Shown here: piece after piece, positions 40,401 through 51,809 of the stretch
Layout: each line of letters begins with the position of its first letter
Position numbering within the stretch: the first letter of the stretch is position 1
Origin: Octopus sinensis
Lineage: Eukaryota
NCBI RefSeq assembly: GCF_006345805.1
Contig: NC_043001.1
Coordinates: forward strand, 2,542,001 to 2,606,000
DNA: 64,000 nucleotides
Reading direction: 5' to 3'
Position numbers and translations under genes: made by a program
Notes under the pieces: model-generated
The model's database searches: none
What the model was told of the DNA's origin: nothing
The model's input: only the letters and a program-made list of their open reading frames with translations

Positions 40401-41146
40401 AACAATTTATTATTATCATCGTTGTTGCCATTGTCATCATTGTCATCATTGTCATCGTTGTCAACATCCATTTTCCATGCTGGCATGGGTTGGACGGTTT
40501 GACAGGAGCTGGCCAGCTGCAGAACTGCACCAGGCTTTAATTGTCTGTCTTGGCATGGTCTCTAGGGTCGCATGCTCTTCCTAATGCCAACCATTTTACA
40601 GAGGGTACTGAGTGCTTTTTATGTGGCACCATCATGACTGCTTTCAATGTGGAACCAGAATGGAGGCTTTATTCACAGCACCAACATGGGTTCTTTCCCT
40701 GTTGCACCTTAAGGAAACAATCATATCATTAAACTTGTGGAATTTTTCACAAAGTGCTGCTTTATTTTGAGAAAAATATTGTGATTGTGATAAAGAGTTT
40801 TTGAAGTCTAAAATAAGTTTTTTACTTTGGAAATTCTTTATTTCATTAAAAACCTAAGGTTAGCAAAATCTACTACAGAGGCAGAAGGCATCAGGGAAGC
40901 AGGAATTCCTCTGAAGTGACTTGGGATCAGTGGGTATGGTCCCTAGATTGGGAAGATAAATTTGGGCTTGATCAAGGGTGAGGATGTCTGATTGTTGAAA
41001 GATCAAAAACAAGAGGAAACTCCACTTCTTTGAGATAAAATCACTGATGATGTCTTCAGTTGCATAACAAAGTAATGTAGAGAAAAAAAAAAAGATACGC
41101 AAGTCTTTTACTTTGTCCAGTCTGGAAGGATCTCCATGTCATGTCT

Positions 41147-41204
<58 letters not shown>

Positions 41205-41234
41205 TTATTATTATTATTATTATTATTATTGTTG

Positions 41235-41306
<72 letters not shown>

Positions 41307-44300
41307 TATTATTATTGAGTGAGAGAGCAGTTCATGCCATCAAGTGACACTGGGGTAAAATATACGAAGCCCAATATACCCATCATGACTACCCGTCTGA
41401 TAAAGGTACACCAGGCACATGCATCACAACCATATGTGCGCGACATGGTGATCTCATATCAAGATAAACAACACATGACCTTGCAGGTGGGGCCCAGTAG
41501 AATTTTCTTCAGTTGAGTAGCCATCCTGCTCAAACGGTCCCTGAATAAGGGTTGCTTAGGATGTTGAACGAAACACCTATGTTTCCAGAGGTGAACCATT
41601 CAAACTCCAAAGAATCCCTCTCAACACATGGCCATGATGCTCCCCCACTACTTCTGCTCGTGATCAGAGATGCACATATCGTCAGCCACTAAGGGACATG
41701 CTCAACTGGTTAAGGTCAAACAACTGACAAGCAAACCTGTGGTATTGAGCAGAATATTTGCTGTAGCCCATCTTTTATACCAAGACAAAACAATGTACAT
41801 GATAACACTTCCAGTCAGTTAAGATCAGAAGCCATGAGAGCCACTGCCTGGTACTGCATCAGGGCATTGAGAGCCACTGCCTGGTACTGCATCAGGGCAT
41901 TTATTATTATTATTATTATTATTATTAATATTATTATTATTCAGTAGTTTTATTTTTTATAGCGTGCTTTCACTTCACTACCGAGCGCAGCTCTGTGTGC
42001 CTTGGGTATGTGCTGTGATTTGTTGTGATGTTCTGATGGTTATTGTATGGAAAGTGTTCTGCGTAGGATGTGTGCAGTGCCTAGTAGTGCAATTTTCTGT
42101 ATGTTATATGTGTTTGTAAGTCCTGGTGTTTTTGTTATGTATTTGTCTGAATATTTTTTTTATCATCCTAATGCACCTACTATGATAGGAATTGTTTCTG
42201 TTTTCAGGTTCCACATTCTAGTTACTGCTATTTCCAGGTCTTTGTATTTTGAGAGTTTCTCCATTTCTTTTAGAAACACGTTGTCATCAGCCGTATTGAT
42301 ACTCATTAGAAAGCATTTTTTCTCTCATGGTCTCTGACAACTATATCTGGTCTGTTGGCCTTAATTTCTCTATCTGTGTGTATCGGCATATCCCAGAGTA
42401 TGGTTGCTTTCTCGTTTTCTGTGACCTTTTCTGGTGTGTGCCTATACCATCTTTTTTCTGTTGTTATTCCATAATGTTGGCATAGCTTCCAATGTATGTA
42501 GGTTCCAACTCTGTCATGTCTGTGAATATACCTTCTTAGCCAGGACTGGGCAGCTAGAGATAATATGATTTATTGTTTCTTGTCCATCTCCACATATTCT
42601 GCAGTTACTTGTAATATTTCTTTTCATTACATGTTTTTGTAATTTCTGGTGGGGAGGCTTTGGTCTTGTGCTGCAATTAAAAATCCTCTGTTTCTGCTTT
42701 GAGTCCTGAGCTTCTCAACCATTGCTGGGATTTTTCTTTGTCTATTTCTTTTGCGTTAGTTTAGTGCAGTATTTACCATGAAGGGGCTTTTCTTGCCATC
42801 GTTTTATCATGGTTCGTTGCTGTTCTATTTTTAGTTTGGATTTCATTTGTTTTATAGCTTTTGTTGTTTCTTCATCTTCTTCTTCTTCATGTTTATTAGG
42901 TGGTATGATTTCTTGTTGTATTTGTCAGCTTCCTTAAATACTGAGAACAGTTTTTTGTTTTGCTCGTGTTTTGCCACTATCTGGATCAGTTTTCCTTCCT
43001 TCTGAAGTAGATATTTTTGCAGTCCTATGGTGGTTATTTTATAGTAGTTTTCCAGCTGTATAAGGCCTCTACCACCTTCTATACGTTGTATATATAGTCT
43101 TTCTATGTCAGACTTTGGGTGATGCATCCTAGATCCTGTTATTATTTTTCTTGTTTTCCTATCTATTTTGGTCAGTTCATTTCGTGTCCAGTTAAGGATA
43201 TTGTAGCTGTAACTTATAACTGGGACAGCTAAAGTGTTGATACCTATTATCTTGTTTTTAGCATTGAGCTCTGTGTTTAGTATTGATCTAACTCGTCTAT
43301 AATATTCTTTTTTATTTTCTCTTTCATTTGTGTGTGTTGTGTCTTATCTAGTTCATGGATTCCTAAGTATTTGTAAGTTTGGCTTTGGTCTAATTCTTTT
43401 ATTTCATTGGTTTTATCTAGTGTGATGTTGTTACTCTTAACTAGTTTTCCTCTTTTCATGGTTACTTTGGCGCATTTTTCTAATCCAATTTCATATCTAT
43501 TTCTTTGGTAAATCCATGAACTGTCTTTAATAGTGTTTCCAGCTGTTTGTCATTTGCAGCATATAGTTTTAGGTCATCCATATATAAAAGGTGGCTGATC
43601 GTTTTGCCGTAACATTTATATCCGCATCCAGTTCTATTTAGCATATCAGATAGAGGTGATAGTGCCAAGCAGAAAAGGAGTGGAGAAAGCGTGTCTCCCG
43701 AGAATATTCCTCTTCTAATGGGGATGTCTTTGGTTTTCATGAGTCCCTCTTTTGTTTGGAGGTGTAGGACTGTTTGCCATTTATTCATAGAGTGCTCTAT
43801 GAATTTTATGATTGTTGGTGCTACTTTGTTAATGGCTAGTGTTTCGAGGATCCATGTGTGGGGGATGCTATCAAACGCCTTTTTGTAGTCAATCCAGGCC
43901 ATACTGAGGCCTTTCTTCTTTCTGTGGCTGTCTTCAGTTATGGCTTTATTAATCATTAGTTGATCTTTACAGCCATATGAGCCTTTGCGGCATCCTTTCT
44001 GCTCTTCTGGGAACAGTTTGTATTCGTCCAGGTGCTTGTTCATCCTTTGCGCTATCACTGCAGTAAATGCCTTGAACATAGTAGGGAGGCAGGTTATTGG
44101 TCTGTAGTTTTCTGGTTTTTCTGTTTCATTTGATTTGGGAATTAAGATGGTTTTCCCCTTCGTGAGCCATTCAGGCATTGTCTCTGGCTCTGCTAGTATG
44201 TTGTTAAAGTTTTCAGCCTGCTTTTTGTGCATTCCTGTTAGATATTTCAACCAGAAGTTGGGGATCTTGTCATGCCCAGGTGCCTTCCAGTTGCTTAGTC

Positions 44301-44730
44301 TTTGCAGTACCTGGGTGACCTCTTCAGTTGTTATGGGGGTCCAAAGTTGTTCAGATGCCGAGTTTGTTATTTTGATACTCCTTTTTTTTGGTGGTTCGTT
44401 CGCCGACCATATTTCTCTCCAGAATTCTTCCAATTCTTCTGCCATTGGTGCTGCAGTGACTTCTATTTTATTTTTGCCCAGTTCTTGGTAGAACTTTTTG
44501 GGGTTGGAGTTGAACTTTTTGTTTTCTTCAAAGAAGCATTGGCGTTTCTTGTACCGGCGGATCCTTTGTGCTTTGGCAAGGATATCTTGCTTCAGCTTTT
44601 CTTTTATTTCAGGCAAATCTTTCTCTGTGATGTTATATTTGCGGAGTATTTTTGTTCTCTTTTTGTTGCTCAGTAGCGTTGATTGTTTGCTGATTTCATT
44701 AAGAATCGACAGGTCTTTTCTAATTAAAAA

Positions 44731-44793
<63 letters not shown>

Positions 44794-45675
44794 CTGTTTT
44801 GTTTGCTAAAGTCACAAATCATAGAATATGGAAAACTCCCAATATTGGTTTTCTATTCTTTTCAGGTAAAATAAAAAAGGACCACCTTGTCAGGAGTCCA
44901 GTTTATTTATTCAGTTTCTTTAGGGAAGTAAATTTAAATTTAATTCAATGAAATATATAATTTTACTGCATTTATTGTTTTATTTCATTCATTTAAGTGA
45001 AATCAAAATCAGAATTACTGACGTGTTCGACGACAGTACCGCCTGATTGGCACTCATGCCAGAGGAACGTTAAGCACATCTGAATGTGGGGTGTAACAGG
45101 GCCACTTATGGGTACTCCTCATTCATTGGACAATGAACTTTCCTTGCGAAGCCCTATTGAGGCAAGCGTAAACAAACCAAAATCGCTGATGTGGCCAATG
45201 ACAGTACCACCTGATTGGCACCCATGCCAGTGGAACGTTAGCACATCTGAGCATGATCGTTGCCAGGGCCACAGATTGGCTCCCATGCCAGTGACACATG
45301 GAAAGCACTATTTGAGTGTGATCATTGCCAGCGTTGCCTTACCGGCACATGTTCCAGTGGCACGTGAAAAATAACATTTGAGCATGGTTGTTGTCAGTGC
45401 CGCCGGACTGGCTCCCATGCAGGTAGCACGTAAAAACACCTTTTCAGCATGAGCATGGTCATTGCCAGGACCACTTGACTGGCCCTCGTGCCGGTGGCAT
45501 GTAAAAATCACTCACTATACTCTCAGGGTGGTTGGCATTAAGAAAGACATCCAGCTGTAGAAACCAAACCAGACAATGGAAGCTGGTGCAGTTCCTGGTC
45601 TTGTCAGCTCCTGTCCAAGCCATGCCAGTATGGAGAGTGGACGTTTAATGAAGATGATGATGTTGTTGATGATGG

Positions 45676-45712
<37 letters not shown>

Positions 45713-46520
45713 ATGATGACGATGACAACAACGATAACGATGAGGATGATGATGATGATGAGGATGAAACAAGAGAAGAAGGATTTATTTTGGAAGTGTA
45801 CAAAACGATGTATGGGGAGGGAGAGAGAGAGAGAGTGGAGGGGGAGGAGAGAGAATTTTAAGTTAAAGAAAGTAATTTTTGTTCCCAATATTAATTCCAA
45901 AGAAAAAGTTTGAAATGAATCCACGAAATTTTCCTCTAAATAAAAAAAGCAACTTAAATTTAAGTTTGTTAATTAACAGTAGAAGTAAGCTGAATCAGTT
46001 TGTCAATTGAATCATTAAAAAAAAGAAATCCAAAGAATGCATATGTGCAATGGAGAGAGAGAGAGAGAGAAAAAAAACTAAATGTTTTAAGCCTATGATA
46101 ACAGAATGAGTAAATGCTTGTTATTAATGAATCTATTTTAGTTAGATTATCTCCATGCCGAGAGATATTGCAGCCTGACTGCTGTTTAAGTATCACGATT
46201 TCACTGCAGCTCCTTACAGAATCTATTGAATTCCCATTACCATCGTTTATTGGCATCGGAATATTCTTTCCTTCTCGTTTTTTGTTCTTCTTTTTAAAAC
46301 TATGCAGCATCTTGAACAAGGTTTGTACACTAACTGCTTCACTAAACTATTCTTTGCAACCTTGGCGTAAGCACGTTACTGTCACAATCCTGATAAATGG
46401 AAGTTATTGTGACAGCGTGAACTCATTCAAGCATTTCTTTCGTTTCCAGTGATTATCTGGGAAATTTTATTGCTCTGTTATACAGTACTTAAGTAGATAT
46501 TATTATTATTATCATTATCA

Positions 46521-46569
<49 letters not shown>

Positions 46570-46610
46570 CATCATCATTATTTTTATTATTATCATTATT
46601 ATTATTATTA

Positions 46611-46642
<32 letters not shown>

Positions 46643-47388
46643 GTTATTATTATTATTAATATTATTATTATTATTGTTATTATTATTATTATCATTGTTG
46701 TTGATGTTGCTCTTGTCATCGTCATTGTTGTCCTTGTTGTTGCTTTTATTATTATTGTTGTTGTTATTATTACATCAGCATCATCATCATTATTATTGAT
46801 TTTGTACGTTGATATTTCAAATATGTAGTCTCTCTCTTAGAAAATATTATGCACCACAATTCCAACCTGATAACGCCATGGTTGTTAAATGTGATGCAGT
46901 TTTCTTTATTGATTTTGGATGTTTTTACTTGGAAGTTCGCTTCGGAAACGATATTTTCTCTCCCTGTGACAAAATGGAGACTGATAAGACAGTTTTTCCG
47001 TAATTAATCCCACATCTACTTTGGAATTTATGCCGTCTGCCTTCACCGGTGTTTCCTATCTATATTTTTCCCCCTGCTGCACCAATTTGTGACAAAATGC
47101 ATAATCTTTGCTGTTCACAAGGAGAAAAAGACAAAAAACACTCAAGTTCTTGAAAATCTCGTTGAAGGATAAATTACATTCAAAGTTATCACATGTTTAA
47201 TTTACTATTCAGGTTAAAGAACAAAAAATTCAAAAGAGCAGCAAAAAAAATGTTCGTGAGTAATTTCTCATTTGTGATTTTTACGCATTTCAAAATGAAG
47301 TCTATGCTTGACAAACCATTGATTTTGTCGATTGTTCAGAAGTCTGGCCTGAAGACAGTTCACACATACACCGAAGAAAATGCATTTG

Positions 47389-47435
<47 letters not shown>

Positions 47436-47759
47436 TCCTTATATTCATTAGCTCCACACTTTGGAAAGAATTCTGACTTTTGTTTCAGCTTCACTGTTTA
47501 AAAACATTCACACTTATGATTTAAATGTGAAATTCGTGAAGACGTCATGTTGAAATTCTTTTACTGGCTGTAAAAATAATCACACACACACATGAAAGGA
47601 AAAGGAAATGGATAAAAAAGATACAATGATACATCTCAAATGAATGCTTGCTTTCAATAACAGCAATTATTTTTTTTTTTCTGTTTTTATTCTTAGAATC
47701 AGATTCGTTGCCTGAGAATTAGAATTTTTCTTTCGCACAAATGTGCTCAAAGTGGATAA
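37447..47759 (+). CDS. candidate six-exon gene: 37447-37510, 44866-44927, 46308-46366, 46841-46999, 47213-47255, 47697-47759; product unidentified
   Basis: All AG/GT and phase-compatible: MAFAFRIVEQLINLLMILILLG-KIKKDHLVRSPVYLFSFFRE-HLEQGLYTNCFTKLFFATLA-KYYAPQFQPDNAMVVKCDAVFFIDFGCFYLEVRFGNDIFSPCDKMETDKTVFP-LKNKKFKRAAKKMF-NQIRCLRIRIFLSHKCAQSG*; AATAAA at 47778. Confidence 0.45.
37627..38989 (-). mobile_element. full-length decayed mariner transposon
   Basis: About 1.36 kb; imperfect TIRs TATGAGGCTTGGCTGAAGAGTTCTAGGCTGACTA and TACAAGGCAGGCTGAAACATTTACAGGCTGACTA; VQKWAAEFRRGRESLEDDPRSGHP and MASVFWNAKGIVFIDCLQKGHTINGEYC; many frameshifts. Confidence 0.9.
41150..41316. repeat. (TCT)n(TAT)n microsatellite
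   Basis: Directly visible. Confidence 0.95.
41317..41901 (-). mobile_element. non-coding element of about 580 bp inserted in (TAA)n; probable non-autonomous partner of the Dong-like LINE
   Basis: TAA arrays on both sides; minus strand ends CTCTCTCACTC(AAT)n; 33-bp tandem duplication at 41836-41868 / 41869-41901. Confidence 0.6.
41939..44730 (-). mobile_element. 5'-truncated R4/Dong-like REL retrotransposon (RT, CCHC, REL endonuclease), frameshifted
   Basis: RT ORF 44616-43480 with NYRPITCL, WIDYKKAFDSIPH, GDTLSPLLF, YMDD; CRICGDGQETINHIISSC (42551-42603); ANRPDIVV; ends QKIALLGTAHILRRTLSIQ* at about 42040; 3' UTR then (AAT)n; (TAT)n also at 44740-44790. Confidence 0.92.
45030..45765 (+). 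mobile_element. RTE-type 3' UTR with tandem repeats and an expanded (GAT)n tail
   Basis: Multiple GAGCATGATCGTTGCCAG-type units, standard tail, GAT array 45655-45765. Confidence 0.75.
46500..46800. repeat. (TAT/CAT/TGT)n microsatellite
   Basis: Directly visible. Confidence 0.95.
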
Positions 47760-47990
47760 ATCAAATATTAAGAGTTAAATAAATCCTAACAATGGTTATG
47801 TCATTTGTTTCCAATTATTAAAATTCCTCTCAACTCACTTCATTTAAAGCAACAGAAATGTTCTCATCAAAACATTCTCTAATTTGCCAGAATTATTTCA
47901 CAATGTCACTGCAACATCTCATGAACATTTTTTTTTTCACTCTTATTAATGGAAGGGTGATAAATAGTAGACAGACTATTGGTGAGAGTT

Positions 47991-48385
47991 GGGGTGGCCA
48001 TGTGGTAAGAAGCTTGCTTCCCAACCGCATGGTTCCAGGTTCAGTCCCACAGCATAGCACCTTGGGCAAGTGTGATCTCTTTATAACCTCAGGCTGATCA
48101 AAGACTTGTGAGGGGATTTGGTAGAGGGAAACTGAAAGAATCCCATCATGTGTGTGTAAGTGTGTGTGTGTATCTGTGCCTGTGTTTGTCACCACCACTA
48201 CTGCTTAACAACTGGTGTTGCCACGGTTACATCTTTGTAACTTAGTAGTTCAGCAAAAAAGACTGATAAAAATAAGTTCCAAGCTTAAAAAATGTACTGA
48301 GGATGGTTCATTGAACTAAAAGTTCTTCAAGGCAGTGCCCCAGCATGGCCACAGTCTATTGACTGAGACAAGTAAAAGACAGAAA
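47991..48385 (+). mobile_element. CORE-like tRNA SINE
   Basis: Head, B box GGTTCAGTCC, CACCTTGGGCAAGTG, family tail. Confidence 0.8.
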
Positions 48386-48703
48386 AGCGGTGAGAAGTTC
48401 AACACTCTGTAGCCTTCACTTGTAAGTTTTTGTCCTTCTGCTTTCAAGTCCTGGAATGGTTTCTAAAAGAAGGTTTGTAACAGTCAACGAAACTGAGACG
48501 ATCCCCGACTGGTTGGTCATGTCAGATTCTGGGGTTCCTCAAATTTCGTTTTAATTTAGAAATCTCTATTAAAAGAAGACTCAAGGCAGCAATAGCATTG
48601 GTAGAATTATGTAAAATTGGTTTTTACAACGTGAGTTCAAGCCCATGGGGTTCTTTTGTGTTTGGTTAAATAAAAACTGGGCTTCAGTCAGTTATGAAGA
48701 CAG

Positions 48704-48971
48704 GTGTTCCAGTGGATCTGATAAATGGAACAGCCTGCTTGTGAAATTAACATGACAAGTGGCTGAGTACTTCACAGACACGTGTACCCTTAATGTCGTT
48801 TTGAGGGAGTTCAGCATAATACCGAATGTGACATGACTGGTCCTTTGGAATTCAAGTAAAACTCATTTTTGTGAAAATAAAAGTGTCTTGCTGAAGGACA
48901 TAATGTGCCACTGGGAATTGAACCCTTCACCTTATGATTGTGAGCCAAATACTCTAACCATTAAGCCACAC
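48704..48971 (-). mobile_element. V/Meta-like tRNA SINE
   Basis: Same body as 59160-59432. Confidence 0.7.
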
Positions 48972-51260
48972 ACCATCAGTTGATAGAATAAATCCCCAGT
49001 CTATTTCTGGTATCAAACCATTGGCCCTCGGCCTAAATCAGAAATCCTTATCATAACAAGACTTAATGTGGACAAACTGGCAAAATGGTAAGAGCATTGG
49101 AATAAATGCCTTCTCCTGGTTTCTTAAAGTGAGTTCAGATCCCACCAACGTTGACTTTTAAGGGGGTTAATGAAAGAAAGTTCCAGTCAAATACTTGGGG
49201 TGAAAATATTTCCCTAACCTTAGCCTCTCAAAATTGCTGGCCTTCTACCATAATCAGAAACGGTTGTGTATCATAAGCAAGACAAAGGGTAGTGGGGTGG
49301 ATTGGCAGAATTTGCAGCAAATCAGACAAAAATCATTGAAGCATCCCTTCCAGGTCTTTATGTCCTGAGTTCAAATTCTGTTGCACCTGAGTTTATCGCT
49401 CAATAAGATAAAATACAAGCCAATTATTGGGGTGGATGTTATACACTAACGCTAACCCTGGCCCATTCGAATCTGCTGGTTATTTGCCTAAATGAGATAC
49501 CCTTATTATATACAGGGTGGGAAAAAATGTTGTACCATCAGGCAGATTTGATGAGAGACATATAAGTGACAAAATGCAATGCATGTGGAATGGCCAATTC
49601 TTGATTTTTTAGTTTGAAATTTCAGATGGAAGAGAGTAAATGCCAAGAATGAATGTTGATTAATGCCTCGGAGCACTTTGAACTCTTTGGGTGCTGCTGG
49701 TTTTCACCCTGCATATACAACATGTGCAAACTATCATGTTTGCTGTCATTCTCTATAAAATGCTTTGTACGAGTGAGGTTCCTGTTGCCAATAAAATCCT
49801 TTTTGTTCTTATTTGAGCGAACTGGATGACAAAATTGATATCTCACTGGTTTGATGATACAATTGTTTTGTTATGCATCTTCTTGAATTTAAATTCCTCT
49901 GCAGCTAACTTTGTTCGTCATCCTTTTGAAACTGAAGAAACTAACTCTGCTTGCTCTTCAAATGTGTGCTTTCTGTGTCTCTATAAAAAAAATTATTCTT
50001 ATTTGCTTTTGTAGAAAGAGATTAATGGATCAAACACCAGAGAAACAATCTTTTTGCAAAGCATTTACGTTTCTTTGTTCCTTACTTGAAAATCCCACAA
50101 AATTTTCTGTTTCAACCTCACAAAATCAACTTTGAAGAAATCAAACAAATTTTCAGTCAATGTTGAAAATGCAATCTTCCAGTAATAAAAGGAAATTATC
50201 ATTGTGCCTAGAGGAATGCTAGAAATCTTTTGAGATCTAATTTTCCTAATCAATTCTACAAAAATTGGTAAAATGGTCTGTGATGGGAACAGCAGGAAAT
50301 ACAATAAAGGAATACATAAATTGTTTTGATCTTCAATTGAAATAATTTCGCTCACATCACTGATGCCCTTTGAAAACGTATAAATATAACTGTACCTTGT
50401 TTGAACATCACTATTTCTTCGATTTAGTGAGATAAGCTCCAAGCCTGCAAGTTCTTAGAATTTCGTTTCGGTTTCCTGTGAAATAGAATTAATTTTACTT
50501 GGTGAAGTTTTAAAAAAATATTGAAAAAGGCACCATGAGACTCAATTTTAGTAATACATCTTGGAATTACAAATCTTGCTTGAAATAATGGCGCGATCAA
50601 ATTGGCTGACAGTGGTTTTGATGCCTGTGCTACTTGGAAGAACAGACAGCTGTAAGGAGATCTTGATTGACGGAGAAACTGAATCGGTGAATTTTCCTAT
50701 CCTCTTACCATCTCTGTGATGGAGCAACATCAATGGATTCTAAAACGTCCTGGCTCAATCAGCATAATTGTAATTATGTCAATCCTTAGACTACGGCCAT
50801 TCTGGGGCGCTACTTTGACAAATTCTGAATTGAATGACTTGGCCACCAGTAGTTCTGGTTTTTTAAGTCTGATATTTATTCTGTCAGTCTCATTTTGTCG
50901 TACTGCAAGGTTATGGAGATATGAACATGCCAAAATCATGGGTTCAATTGTGGGACTAGGTGGTGCATTGTGTTCCTGAGCAAACCACTTCACTTCACAT
51001 TGCTTCAGTCCATTCAGATGTAAAGGGGTTCCACCCTGCTATGAATTACCTTCTGTTCAGGGGCAACACTGGCTCGTTTGTCTAACAAACCAGCTGGGTG
51101 GCATCATTTGAAAGTTAAAACAATTCAAAGCACATTGTGACCAGTGGTGTATAACAACATTCGATAGTTTGGTCAATACTGTGATGACATAACATACGAC
51201 ACAGTTGGTAGCCAGGGGAATCCTGACAGCTTTAGTCTTATATATAGAAACAAATGCAAA

Positions 51261-51307
<47 letters not shown>

Positions 51308-51809
51308 AGAGCTGTTACTCATGACCAAACATGAGTTGGTACCATGTTCCATGTTTTTTTCCTAATTGTTACAAGCAAACACAGACACACTCTCTCAGAC
51401 TTTCCAATGAAGAACCAATGTATTGTAAATTGAAACTTGAGTTCCGAATGTGTACTGACCTTATTTCAAGTCTAATTTCCTCAGACATCTCAATTCACAT
51501 TTCCTTATTGGGACTGGATTCACAAAGAACATCGATCTGCATTGAGTAACACTGTAAAATTCTTTATATTTTTATTCCCTTTCCATGAATTTAAAGTAAA
51601 ATCAATGGAAGTGATATTGAACAGACATTTCTACCAAATGTGGATCAAGAATCTCTTTTGGTTCAGTTCAAGGTCAAATTTCTAACGTTGGTTAGGATCA
51701 CATCAAAGAAGAGGACCCCAGAAGGATAGACTTCATTGATTGATTTGTAAAGAATACAACAAAGTGATCCCTATTAGATCTGAAATGAAAACCCAGAAGA
51801 AATGATTAT

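Noticed and set aside
45969-46319. Lys-rich minus ORF (FKMLHSFKKKNKKREGK...)
   Set aside because: Antisense shadow of a polypyrimidine tract and candidate + exon; no splice context
50065-50442. 125-aa minus ORF
   Set aside because: TTG start just after an in-frame stop, no family resemblance; better explained as UTR-like AT-rich sequence
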